The position numbers and the translations under genes were made by a program. Of a DNA stretch of 64,000 nucleotides, positions 1 through 12,848 are shown one piece after another. Source of the DNA: Leucoraja ocellata (lineage: Eukaryota); contig JAWMAR010001196.1 of NCBI GenBank assembly GCA_036785375.1, positions 186,001-250,000 on the forward strand, read 5' to 3'. The notes below the pieces were generated by a model. It had not been told where the DNA came from. It made no database searches and was given only the letters and a program-made list of their open reading frames with translations. Each line of letters starts with the position of its first letter. The stretch's first letter is position 1.

Positions 1-138
1 ATTGTTTATTGTTTTTGTACAAGATTCCAGAACACTGAATTGAAAGAATCTCAAATGAAATATGTTAGGAAATACCTAATGCCAATTAGGAAATACCAAT
101 TAAACTATAAATCTGGATATCTTTGGAGTATGGGAGGA

Positions 139-270
139 CCCCAGAACATATGTGGAAAACACACTTGGTCACAGGAAGAGTATTCAAACTCTGTACGGAT
201 AACACATGGTGTCAGTTTCAAACCCAGGTATCTGGTGCTGTGAGGCAGCAACTCTACCACTGTGCTGCCC
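139..270 (-). mobile_element. tRNA-derived V-SINE (HE1-like) 5' fragment; duplicate at ~38870-39001
   Basis: Reverse complement gggcagcacagtggtagagttgctgcctcacagcaccagatacctgggtttgaaactg has A-box/B-box-like head typical of elasmobranch SINEs. Confidence 0.65.
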
Positions 271-444
271 AATCTTTCCACAAACACTGAAACCCAAGAG
301 AGGGTTTGAAACAGCGGCCTTACCTTAACGTCATCTCCATAAAGACTAGATCCTGAGACAATAGACAATAGGTGCAGGAGTAGGCCATTCGGCCCTTCGA
401 GCCAGCACCGCCATTCACTGTGATCATGGCTAATCATCCACAAC

Positions 445-800
445 GGCAAACTTTGACCGCCCGAATCGAGGGGTATAAATCGACCCGGAGCGGGGCCTTA
501 CATCACCTGGCGCGGCTTAAACAGCCGCAGGACTTACCATTACCCACCGGGGCCTCTAACATCAAGAGCCTCGATCAGCTCGATGCAGCAGTTTGACTGC
601 TTGACTGTGGGCAAGAGATAAGACTTTTGCCTTCCATCACAGTGAGGAGGTATTTGGAGATTCACTGTGATGGATGTTTGTGTGGAATTGTGTTAATTGT
701 GTGTTTTTTTGTTGTTGTTATGACTGCAGGAAAGTAATTTTGTTTGAACCTATGTTTCAATGACAATAAACAGCATTCTGATTCTCTGATGCTGATTCAG
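445..800 (+). mobile_element. Decayed non-autonomous LINE-tailed element; relatives at ~2310-2530 and 7077-7950
   Basis: ccatcacagtga...tcactgtgatgg stem followed by caatgacaataaa and short attctg repeats. Boundaries approximate. Confidence 0.45.
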
Positions 801-3109
801 ACTGATGTATTTGGGAGAAAGCTGGAAAGAGACGAGAGCAGGACAGAGCCTGGTGAGTGATTCTGGATACAGTTGGGGGCTGATTAGCAGATTGTGGAGT
901 ACTGACAAAGGCTAGAGGTGAAGAGGAGACGAGTGTCAAACAAGGGGAAGAGAGGTGTCATGCAAAGCCAGGGGGAAGGATCGGGGAAAGAGGGGAATGT
1001 GGGACAGGGATGAGTATACAGAGGAGGGGAAGGGGTAGGGAGACCGTTGAGTGAGGTGCACACCAGGGTGGGGAGTGCAGGGAAAGAGGGGGTTTCCCTT
1101 AATCAATACACTCATTCCCATCTCCAAATCTCATTTCCTTTTATCCCCTCCCGTCCCCTTACACCTGAAAACCTCCTTCCATTCAAAGCCGACGCTAGGG
1201 TCGGGTGAACGGGCGTAGGGAAGGGTAGTGGGATAAATCTCCACTTTTTTCACTTTTTCGTTGGTTCAGAGGTTTTTCTTTTTTATCCTTCGTGTCTTTT
1301 ACAAAATTCTTTCTTTTCTTTTTCTTTTCTTCTTCCTTTCCTTTCTTTTCATTTTTCTTTTTTCCGATTTAGTTTTTAGTTCATAAAATGTTAAAATTGA
1401 AGCTTACGAACATTGTATAATTGTTATGTCGATGACTTGTACAATTGCTTCTAATAAAATAAATATTAAAATAAAAAGCAGAGATTCCAGTCTTTGGAGA
1501 TCCTTCGTGGAAATGAATACAATTTGGTCACACCTTCAGAAAAGAGCAGAGGGGAGAGGAGATGTATTCTGGCAACACTGACACAAACATACTAAACCAA
1601 ATAGATTTAGACCTATTCCAAAAAAAACAGTATGGTGAATGGAATGCAGGATTACTTAATTTGTATTGACACTTAAAACAAGTGTCATGAACACTAAACT
1701 ACTTTCACTGCAACAGGAACCAACTAGGATTACTTTAGGGAATATAAAGAAGTCTACAAAGAATGCTGGATGTACTCAGTTGGTCAGGCACCATCTGCTG
1801 GACAGATGTTTCAGATTGGGATCCTTCAGACTGAGAGAGTAGTGGAGAAATCTGGAAAGATGTGGGAGCAGGACAAAAGCTGGCAAGTGATGTGGATAGA
1901 CACAAATGCTGGAGTAATTCAGTGAGACGGGCAGCATCTTGGGAGAGAAGGAATGGGTGATGTTTCAGGTAGAGGCTGTCCTTCAGACAATAAATAAAAG
2001 CAATTGGCACTTGGAGCAATGACAAAGGCGAGAGGTGAAGAGGAGACAAAAGGTTTAGATGAGGAGAGAGAGAGATGTGAAGCTGGAGGGCGGGATATGG
2101 GTCGAAGGGTAAAGAGGCAAAGATGAATGTCAGGGATGGGAGATGAGTGTGGAAAGAGGGGAAGGTGCCGGGTGAATGGGTGATGCGGGGAAAGGGAGAG
2201 TCCTCAGTGCATTCATCCCTTTTCCACATCCTATCCCATTGCACTCATATTCCTTCTACCAGGTTTACAGTTCACACCTTGCTTTCTCCTTCTGAGATGT
2301 TCATAAATCATACCGGCGATGACAGAGGGTTCATGGCCCCGACCACGGATGAACAAAGGAGGAGGACTGACTGAACCTTGTTGCCTTTCGCCACAGTGAA
2401 GAATGCTGTGCTGGATGTTTTGTGTTAAATTCTATTGTGTATTGTGTGTTCTTTTTAAGTGTATCGCTGCTGGCAAATTTATTTCAGTGCACCTTTGGGT
2501 GCATCTAACGAATACAATTGACTTTGACTTTTACACCTTTAGCCTTTGTTACTTACTGATTCAATTATTTTTTGTCACATGTACCATGTGAAACAATGAA
2601 ATGCTTTGTTTTCCATACAACCTGGTAAAATCACGTGGCTGACCTCACCTGGGCAGTACTTGATGTTTTGGTGTTCCACCCATCTGGCAATTTCCTCTCC
2701 CCCCCCCACCTGCATCCAGCCATCACTTGCTAGACTATTGCCCCACCTCACATTTCCAGCTTTCTCCCTTTACTCCATCAAGCTGAAGGCTTCTGACCTG
2801 ATACTTCATTGGTCCATTCCTTCCAGATGTTGCCTGACCCACTGGTTTACTCCAGCAGACTTTTTTCTCCCTCAAGATTCCAGCACCGTGGAATCTAGTA
2901 TTTTAAACCAACAATAATCAGGAAAATACTTTCTCCTCCAAACATTTATCGGTCTGAAACCAGAGGTGGTTCTAAACAGGTCCCTACCTGCATCCCATCT
3001 CCATACAGTTCAGGTCCTGACAGATTGACAAAGTCAGACAATTCAAATTAATACACCACTAATGATTCAAAATCTCCCACCATCTTCATCACACCCTTAA
3101 TCTCACAGC

Positions 3110-5200
3110 AATACTTTTAACGACAAGGATTCGAAGGGCCTGAGCTCAGGGCCAGGTTGGGCAGGCAAAGAGGAGGCAGAAACTGGGCAAGAGAGAGGGT
3201 GTCCGTGCTAGGCTGAGAGATAATGCTAGCTGGCCGGCCAGCTCTCCCATCTATCCTACTCTCCAACGTCCGCTTCCTGGAAAACAAACTGGACAACATC
3301 CAACTACAGAGGAGTACACAGCGAGAGACTAGGGACTGCTGTGTCTGTGTTTTACTGAGACATGGCTCAACGATCGAGTCCCGGACGTGGCCATTCAGCT
3401 AGCCGGGCTAGTCTCGCACCGAGCCGACAGAGACCCATCACAGGTACACAAAAATGCTGGAGAAACTCAGCGGGTGCAGCAGCATCTATGGAGCGAAGGA
3501 AATAGGCGAAGTTTCAGGCTGAAACCCTTTTTCAGACTGATGGGGGGTGGGGGAGAGAAGGAAGGATAAAGGGAGGAGGAAGAGCCCAAGGGCGGGGGGA
3601 TGGGAGGAGACAGCTCGAGGGTTAAGGAAGGGGAGGAGACTGCATGGGCTAGCAAAACTGGGAGAATTCAACGTTCATGCCATCCAGACGCAAGCAACCC
3701 AGGCGGAATATGAGGTGCTGTTCCTCCAATTTCTGGTGTTGCTCACTCTGGCAATGGAGGAGACCCAGGACAGAGAGGTCGGATTGGGAATGGGAAGGGG
3801 AGTTGAAGTGCTGAGCCACCGGGAGGTCAGGTTGGTTATTGCGGACTGAGCGGAGGTGTTGGGTGAAACGATCGCCCAACCTACGTTTAGTCTCCCCGAT
3901 GTAAATCAGCTGTCAACTAGAGCAGCGGATGCAGTAGATGAGGTTGGAGGAGATACAGGTGAACCTCTGTCGCACCTGGAACGATTGCTTGGGTCCTTGA
4001 ATGGAGTCGAGGGGGGAGGTGAAGGGACAGGTGTTGCATTTCTTGCGGTTGCAACGGAAAGTGCCCGGGGAGGGGGTGGTGCGGGAGGGAAGGGAAGAAT
4101 TGACAAGGAAGTTGCGCGGTAAGACTCGAGGTGGTGGCCTGTGTGTTTACATCAACACTGACTGGTGCAACAACTCTGTCTTAGTCTCCAAGTTCTGTTC
4201 ATTGCTGGTGGAGAATGCGATTGTGAGATGTAGACCTTTTTATTTGCCACGGGAGTTTACCACAGTGCTCATTGTTGCTGTTCACATCCCCCCAGTGCTA
4301 ATGCTAAGGAACCACTAGCTGTACTGTACTGTATGGAGCTTTATGCAATCTACAATACACACACCCAGAAGGACTGTTTATTGCCGCAGGAGATTTCAAC
4401 CGTGTAAATCTCAAAACTGGGCTTCCTAAATGTTACCAACATGTGGACTTTGCAACGAGAGTGGAGAATGTGCTAGATCTTGTTTACACCAATATGCCCA
4501 GCGCGTACAGGGTGTAGTCACGCCCCCATCTCGGATACTCAGACCACATCTCTGTCATGCTGATCCCAGCATACAGACTGCTTGTCAGATGCTCCAGACC
4601 AGCTAAGAAACAGGTGAAGACCTGGCCAGCAGGAGCCATCTCTGCTCTCCAGGACTGCATTGACTGGCACATGTTTAGGGAGGCAGCAACCACCGGCGGC
4701 ACCACTGGCTTGGAGGAGTACACGGCATCAGTGACTGGTTACATCAGTAAGTACATTGATGACATTACTGTCACTGAGCTCATCACCACACGTCCCCAAC
4801 AGTAAACCATGGATGACTGCAGAGGTACGTGCGCTGCTGAGAGCCCGAGACACGGCCTTCAGAGCAGGCGATAAGGAGGCCCTGAGAACAGCGAGGGACA
4901 AACTGTCCCGGGCCATCAGGGAAGCAAAGCGAGCGCATGCAAGGAAAATCCACGGCCACTTCAGTGACAGCAGGGACACACTGAAGCTGTGGCAAGGCAT
5001 CCAAGCCATCACCAACTTCAGGACATCAACACCAGCCTGTGACAGCGATGTATCTCTGCCTGATGCGCTGAACATGTTCTACGCCCGGTTTGATGCACAG
5101 AACGACGTGGTGGCGAGGAAGACCACCCCCCCCCCCTGTTTCTATGTTTCTATAGCCACCTGGTCGCAAGGGGGAGGGCCCCCTTGCGACCAGGTGGCTA
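3110..5200 (+). mobile_element. Rex1/Babar-type LINE, AP-endonuclease region, decayed and interrupted by a Penelope insertion; duplicate ~42095-44370
   Basis: [23 protein letters not shown]...TETWL, KTRGGGLCVYINTDWC, RCRPFYLPREFT and [14 protein letters not shown] motifs with frameshifts. Confidence 0.8.
3447..4117 (-). mobile_element. Penelope-like retroelement 3' fragment (GIY-YIG region); duplicate ~42428-43326
   Basis: IYIGETKRRLGDRF..HLRSVRNNQPDLPVAQHFNSPSH...KLEEQHLIFRLG. GGTA direct repeat at 3443-3446 and 4118-4121; removing the insert rejoins the Rex1 sequence. Confidence 0.85.
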
Positions 5201-6252
5201 TAGAAACATAGAAACATAGAGACATAGAAACATAGACACATAGAGACATAGAGACATAGAGACATAGGCACAGAGACACATAGACACATAGACACATAGA
5301 GACACAGAGACATAGAGACATAGAGACATAGACACATAGAAACATAGAGACATAGAGACATAGGCACAGAGACACATAGACACATAGACACATAGACACA
5401 TAGAGACATAGACACATAGAGACATAGACACAGACACATAGACACATAGAAACACAGAGACACATAGACACATAGAGACATAGAGACATAGAGACATAGA
5501 GACATAGACACATAGAGTCATAGACACAGAGACACATAGAGACATAGACACATAGAGACACAGAGACACATAGAGACATAGAGACATAGAGACATAGACA
5601 CATAGAGACATAGACACATAGACACATAGAGACATAGAGACATAGACACATAGAGACATAGACACATAGACACATAGACACATAGACACATAGAGACACA
5701 TAGAGACATAGAGACATAGAGACACAGAGACACATAGAGACATAGAGACATAGAGACATAGACACATAGAGACATAGAGACATAGAGACATAGAGACATA
5801 GACACATAGAGACATAGACACATAGAGACACAGAGACACATAGAGACATAGAGACATAGAGACATAGAGACATAGACACATAGAGACATAGACACATAGA
5901 GACACAGAGACACATAGAGACATAGAGACATAGAGACATAGACACATAGAGACATAGACACATAGAGACACAGAGACACATAGAGACATAGACACATAGA
6001 CACATAGACACATAGAGACATAGAGACATAGACACATAGAGACATAGACACATAGACACATAGACACATAGACACATAGAGACACATAGAGACATAGAGA
6101 CATAGAGACACAGAGACACATAGACACATAGACACATAGAGACATAGACACATAGAGACATAGAGACATAGACATATAGAGATATAGACACATAGACACA
6201 TAGACACATAGACACATAGAAACATAGAAACATAGAGACATAGACACATAGA
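5199..6252. repeat. Compound 8-10 bp microsatellite (TAGAGACA/TAGACACA)n, an expanded CR1 3' tail
   Basis: Continuous with the 3' end of the minus-strand CR1 at ~6253; terminal units are TAGAAACA, the complement of the (TGTTTCTA)n CR1 tail. Confidence 0.95.
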
Positions 6253-8563
6253 AAATAGGTGCAGGAGGAGGCCATTCGGCCCTTCGAGCCAGCACCGCCA
6301 TTCATTGTGATCACGGCTGATCGTCCCCAATCAATAACCCGTGCCTGCCTTCTCCCCATATCCCTTGACTCCACTACCCCAGAGCTCTATCTAACTCTCT
6401 CTTAAATCCATCCAGTGACTTGGCCTCCACTGCCCTCTGTGGCAGGGAATTCCACAAATTCACAACTCTCTGGGTGAAAAAGTTTTTTCTCACCTCAGTC
6501 TTAAATGGCCTCCCCTTTATTCTAAGACTGTGGCCCCTGGTTCTGGACTCGCCCAACATTGGGAACATTTTTCCTGCATCTAGCTTGTCCAGTCCTTTTA
6601 TAATTTTATATGTTTCTATAAGAATCCCCCTCGTCCTTCTAAACTCCAGTGAATACAAGCCTAGTCTTTTCAATCTTTCCTCATATGACAGTCCCGCCAT
6701 CCCAGGGATCAATCTCGTGAACCAACGTTGCACTGCCTCAATCACAAGAATGTTATTCCTCAAATTAGGAGACCAAAACTGTACACAATACTCCAGATGT
6801 GGCCTCACCAGAGCCCTATACAGCTGCAGAAGAACCTCTTTACTACTATACTGAAATCCTCTTGTTATGAAGGACAACATTCCATTAGCTTTCTTCACTG
6901 CCTGCTGTACCTGTAAGCCAACTTTCAGTGACCGGTGTACAAGGACACCCAGGTCTCGCTGCACCTCCCCCTTATCTAACCTAACCCCATTGAGATAATA
7001 ATCTGCCCCCTTGTTTTTGCCGCCAAAGTGGATAACCTCACATTATCTATATTATAGTGCATCTGCCACGCATCTGTCAGAGTCAGAGTCAGAGTCAATT
7101 TAATTGTCATTTGGACCCCTGGAGGTCCAAACGAAATGCCGTTTCTGCAGCCATACTTTACACACAAATAGACCCAAGACACAACATAATTACATTTAAC
7201 ATAAACATCCATCACATCGCTGTGATGGAGGCCAAATAAACTTATCTCTCCACTGCACTCTCCCCCCCCCCGGTGTCAGAGTCAAAGTCATAGCCCCCGG
7301 CTGGCGATGGCGATTGTCCCGCGGCCATTAAAGCCACGCCGGGTGGTGCGAGGTCGCACACCGGGTCTTGATGTTAGAGCCCCCGGCGTGCGCTCGCAGA
7401 GTCCGCGGCCATTCCAGCCGCACGGGGCGGTGATGTCAGGCCCCGCTCCAGGAGCTCTTCAACCCCGCAACTCGGGCGGGAGAAGTCGCCGTTGCAGAGC
7501 CCCGAAAAGCGGTCTCCCCCCAGGGAGCTGTGGGCTCCCGGTGCCGTCGTCCGCAGACCCGCAGCAGCAGCCTCCGACTCTCCGGTAGCATCAGCAGCAG
7601 CAACAGCAACAGCATCAGCAGCAGCAACGCTCCTCCACCGCTCCGGACTCGGCTAGCCCCGCGACGGCATCGGTGAGTCGGCACCAGAGTCCCCGGCTTC
7701 CTCCTGTTGGAGGCCGCTCCTCGTTGCGGCCTCAACGACACCTGAGACCCGACGAGAAAAGGTCGGGTCTCCAGTGCAGGGGGAGATTCAAAAAGTTTCC
7801 CCCCCCCCCTCCCACCCCACCCCCGCCCCCCCACACACACACCCCAACATAAAATAACAAAAACTACATAAAAACACAGACAAAAAATAATAAAAACGCG
7901 GACAGGCTGCAGAGGCCGCTGCTGGCCAGAGCCGCGCCGCCTACCGGAAGGCCCACTCACTCAACCTGTCCAGGTCACCCTGCAACCTCCTAACATCCAC
8001 TTCACAGTTCACACTGCCACCTAGCTTTGTGTCATCCGCAAACTTGCTAGTGTTGCTCCTAATTCCCTCTTCCAAATCATGAATATATATATGGTAAACA
8101 GTTGCGGCCCCAACACCGAGCCTTGCGGCACTCCACTCGCCACTGCCTGCCATTCTGAAAAGGACCCGTTCACTTCTACTATTTGCTTCTGGTCTGCCAA
8201 CCAATTTTCTATCCATGTCAACACCCTACCCCCAATACCATGTGTTCTAATTTTGGTCACCAGTCTCCCGTGCGGGACCTTATCAAAGGCTTTCTGAAAG
8301 TCTAGATACACTACATCCACTGGCACCCCTTCATCCATTTTACTTGTCACATCTTCAAAAAATTCCAGAAGATTAGTCAAGCATGATTTCCCTTTCATAA
8401 ATCCATGTTGACTTGGACTAATCCTTTTACTGCTATCCAAATGCCCCATTATCACCTCTTTAATAATTGACTCCAGCATCTCTTCCATCATCGAAGTCAG
8501 GCTAACTGGCCTGTAATTCCCCGTTTTCTCTCTCGCTCCTTTCTTGAAAAGTGGGATAACATT
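6253..8563 (-). mobile_element. 5'-truncated CR1 LINE (RT and 3' UTR) with an insertion at 7077-7950; duplicate ~47620-49037
   Basis: [67 protein letters not shown] motifs. Confidence 0.92.
7077..7950 (-). mobile_element. GC-rich non-coding retroelement (~875 bp) with (GACTCT)n tail, copy-1 specific
   Basis: Splits gcatct|gcccact, which is uninterrupted in copy 2 (~48441-48453). Minus-strand 3' end atgacaattaaattgactctgactctgac. Confidence 0.75.
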
Positions 8564-8879
8564 AGCGCTGCGCTACCTCATAAAGCTGCACTCTCTGAAT
8601 AGCAAGAATGTCCTTCCTCAAATTAGGGGACCAAAACTGTACACAATACTCCAGGTGTGGTCTGACTAGGGCCCTGTACAACTGCAGAAGGACCTCTTTG
8701 TTCCTATACTCAAATCTTCTTGGTAGAAAGGCCATGCAAACCTCTTCTCTTGAGCTTGGCAGTCTGAATCTAGTGCCATAACTATTCATAACTGTGTTCA
8801 TACTGAATCAGATTTTGACGGTGTGAGACGCGTATTGGCTTTTGATGGTATGATACGGGAATTTGCTAGGATAAACTGA

Positions 8880-9607
8880 ATTCAGGAAGGTCAGAGGGGG
8901 CAGACATACCCCCATCCATATAAACGGGACTGAGGTGGAGCGCATCTCCAACTACAAATTCCTCGGGGTACACATCTCGGAGGATCTGTCCTGGCACCTC
9001 AACACCTCCAAGCTGATCAAAAAGGCACAGCAGCGCCTTTACTTCCTGAGGAGGCTCAAGAAAGCTCACCTGTCCCCCCAGATCCTGACCAACTTTTACC
9101 GCTGTACCATCAAAAGCATCCTGACCACTTGCTTCACGGTATGGTACAGCAGTTGCACCGTAGCGGACAGGAAGGCACTACAACGGGTGGTGAAAACCGC
9201 GCAGTACATCATCGGTGCCCCGCTCCCTGCCATGGATGCCCTCCATCGAAAACGGTGTCTGAGACGGGCCGGGAAGATCATCAAAGACCCCTCCCACCCC
9301 AACCATGGACTGTTTGCCCTCCTCCCATCAGGGAGGCGGTACAGGAGCCTCAGGTCTCGTACCAGTACGATGAGGAACAGCTTCTACAATAATACCATCA
9401 CATTGCTGAACTCGGAGTCCCGCCGATAGATTTCTCCAGTCTCTCCGTCCACACCGTTCGCTTTCAATTATTGTTTGATTATTCTGTATTTTTATTTTTA
9501 TTTCTATATTGCACTATACTATGGACTGACGCTAAACTGCATTTCGTTGTACCCATACTCGTATTTGTGCAATGACATTAAAGTTGAATTGAATTGAATT
9601 GAATTGA
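8880..9607 (+). mobile_element. Rex1/Babar-type LINE 3' fragment with (TGAAT)n tail; duplicate ~49320-50048
   Basis: YKFLGVHISEDLSW..NTSKLIKKAQQRLYFLRRLKK...LLPSGRRYRS; ends aatgacattaaagttgaattgaattgaa. Confidence 0.85.
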
Positions 9608-10910
9608 AATGATACTTAAAGGCTTGATGATAGATATGCAATGGCAAACATTTAAAGATCCTATGGATGAATTGCACCAATTGTTCACCCGTCAGGTGTA
9701 AAAATAAAACAGGGAAGGCGGCTCAACCGTGGCAAATAATGGAAATTAGGGAATATTAAATCCAGGCATATAAATTGGCCAGATAAAGCAACAAACTGGG
9801 AGAAATTTAAATGTAATATTTAACAGAGGAGGACAAATGGATGAATTAAGTGGGGGTAAATAGAGCATGAAAGGAAACTTGCGGGGGAAATATTAGTGAA
9901 GACAAATATAGGCCCCTTACAGTCAGAAACAGGTTAATTTATACTGGGAAACAAGAAATTGGCAGACCAGTTACACAAATACTTTGGTTCTGTCTTCACT
10001 AAGGAAGACACAAACAATCTTCCAGAAGTACAAGGGGACCGAGGATCTAGTGGGAGGGAGGAAGTGAAGTGAATCCACATGATTCAGGAAATGTTGTTAG
10101 GTAAACTGTTGGGACAGAAGACATGTAAATCCCCAGGGCCTGATGGTCTGCATCCGAAACAACACAAGGAGGTGGCCCTCGAAATCGCGCATGTATTGGT
10201 AATCATTTTCCAATGTTCTATAGACATTTGGTTAGTTCCAGTGAACTGGAGGGTCCCTAATGTAACCCCACCTTTTAAGAAAGAGGGGAAAGAGAAAACA
10301 GGGAATTATAGACCAGTTAGCCTGACATTGGTAGTGGGTTGTACAGGGCTCTGGTGAGAACACACCTGAGCATCTGGTGCAATTTTGGTCTCCTAATTTG
10401 CGGAAGGACATTCGTGTCAATGAATGAGCACAGCGTAGGTTCACAGGGTTAATTCCCGGGATGTCTGGACAGACATATGATGAAAGAATGGATCGACTGG
10501 GCTTAAATGAAGGGATTAAGATGGGTGAGAGGAGATCTTATAGAAAGATATATAATTCTTAAGGGTTTGGACAGGCTGGATGCAGGAAAAATGTTCCTGA
10601 TATTGGGGGTTCAGACCTATGGGTCACGGTTTAAGAATAAGGATTAGGCCATTTAGTACTGAGATGAGGAAAACCTTTTTTTTAGCAAGAGAGTTGTGAA
10701 TTTGTGGAATTCTCTGCCTCAGAAGGCAGTGGAGGCCAATTCACTGGATGTTTTCAAGAGAGAGCTAGATATAGTGCTTGGGGCTAATGGAATCAAGGGA
10801 TATGGGGAGAAAGCAAGAACGGGGTAATGATTTTGGACGATCACATTGAATGACGGTTTGTGCTCGATAGGCCAAACGACCTCCGCCTGCACCTATTTTC
10901 TATGTTTTTA
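9608..10910 (+). mobile_element. Old, internally deleted CR1 LINE; duplicate ~50049-51350
   Basis: KSPGPDGLHP and GNYRPVSLT motifs joined to the RT C-terminus and a cctgcacctattttctatg tail. Confidence 0.8.
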
Positions 10911-11365
10911 TATTTAACTAATATGTTCTAAGTAACCTGCGAACCCTGGTATACCTGCTTTCTGCACTGTGGGATCAATTAACCTGTTCCTTTCTATATA
11001 ACTTGCTAGCCTCTGTGCCACTATGCTAAAGAAAATCTTGCCATCTACATTTAGGAGACAAACTGATTTAACTCTGGAGACTCTTTCTTCTAGGGAATGA
11101 ACATTCCCCCTGCTCTATGCCAAACCCTTGGTATGACCTGCTTCTACCAAACTATTGGACAGAGCCTCTGCGAGAATCTAAGCACATCAGGTGCACTTTT
11201 ATGTACCCGGTAAGGGACTCCATTCGGTCCCGGTGCAGAATAAGCCTTTCCACGCCATATTACTGCTTCCACTTCCTTCCACTTTTGTGGCAAAACATCT
11301 AACTCTAACATCTGTCTCCTAAGGTGGTAACTCTGGAGGGAGACACGGGCCCGATACTGGGGCCC

Positions 11366-12848
11366 ATGACGACTGAGGATTGGCGGGTAGCAAACGTAAC
11401 CCCACTTTTTAAGAAGGGAGGGAGAGAGAAAACGGGGAATTTCAGACCAGTTAGTTTAACATCGGTAGTGGGGAAACTGCTAGAGTCAGTTATTAAAGAT
11501 GGGATAGCAGCACATTTGGAAAGTGGTGAAATCATTGGACAAAGTCAGCATGGATTTACGAAAGGTAAATCATGTCTGACGAATCTTATAGAATTTTTCG
11601 AGGATGTAACTAGTAGCGTGGATAGGGGAGAACCAGTGGATGTGGTGTACTGGACTTCCAGAAGGCTTTCGACAAGGTCCCACATAAGAGATTAGTATAC
11701 AAACTTAAAGTACACGGCATTGGGGGTTCAGTATTGATGTGGATAGAGAACTGGCTGGCAAACAGGAAGCAAAGAGTAGGAGTAAACGGGTCCTTTTTAC
11801 AATGGCAGGCAGTGACTAGTGGGGTACCGCAAGGCTCAGTGCTGGGACCCCAGCTATTTACAATATATATTAATGATCTGGATGAGGGAATTGAAGGCAA
11901 TATCTCCAAGTTTGCGGATGACACTAAGCTGGGGGGCAGTGTTAGCTGTGAGGAGGATGCTAGGAGACTGCAGGGTGACTTGGATAGGCTGGGTGAGTGG
12001 GCAAATGTTTGGCAGATGCAGTATAATGTGGATAAATGTGAGGTTATCCATTTTGGTGGCAAAAATAGGAAAGCAGACTATTATCTAAATGGTGGCCGAT
12101 TGGGAAAGGGGGAGATGCAGCGAGACCTGGGTGTCATGGTACACCAGTCATTGAAAGAAGGCATGCAGGTGCAGCAGGCAGTGAAGAAAGCGAATGGTAT
12201 GTTAGCTTTCATAGCAAAAGGATTTGAGTATAAGAGCAGGGAGGTTCTACTGCAGTTGTACAGGGTCTTGGTGAGACCACACCTGGAGTATTGCGTACAG
12301 TTTTGGTCTCCAAATCTGAGGAAGGACATTATTGCCATAGAGGGAATGCAGAGAAGGTTCACCAGACTGATTCCTGGGATGTCAGGACTGTCTTATGAAG
12401 AAAGACTGGATAGACTTGGTTTATACTCTCTAGAATGTTGGAGATTGAGAGGGGATCTTATAGAAACTTACAAAATTCTTAAGGGGTTGGACAGGCTAGA
12501 TGCAGGAAGATTGCTCCCGGTGTTGGGGAAATCCAGGACAAGGGGTCACAGCTTAAGGATAAGGGGGAAATCCTTTAAAATCGAGATGAGAAGAACTTTT
12601 TTCACACAGAGAGTGGTGAGTCTCTGGAACTCTCTGCCGCAGAGGGTAGTCGAGGCCAGTTCATTGGCTATATTTAAGAGGGAGTTAGATGTGGCCCCTG
12701 TGACTAAGGGGATCAGAGGGTATGGAGAGAAGGCAGGTACGGGATACTGAGTTGGATGATCAGCCATGATCATATTGAATGGCGGTGCAGGCTCGAAGGG
12801 CCGAATGGCCTACTCCTGCACCTAATTTCTATGTTTCTATGTTTCTAT
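11366..12848 (+). mobile_element. 5'-truncated CR1 LINE; duplicate ~51816-54398 (there interrupted by a Penelope element)
   Basis: ORFs 11324-11695 and 11734-12750 carry RT motifs (KFADDTKL) and are separated by a frameshift; (tttctatg)n tail. Confidence 0.92.

Noticed and set aside
638-669. CACAGTG...CACTGTG pair resembling RSS heptamers around a D segment
   Set aside because: Wrong relative orientation for a D segment, no nonamers at 12/23 spacing, and part of a stem in a repeat family.
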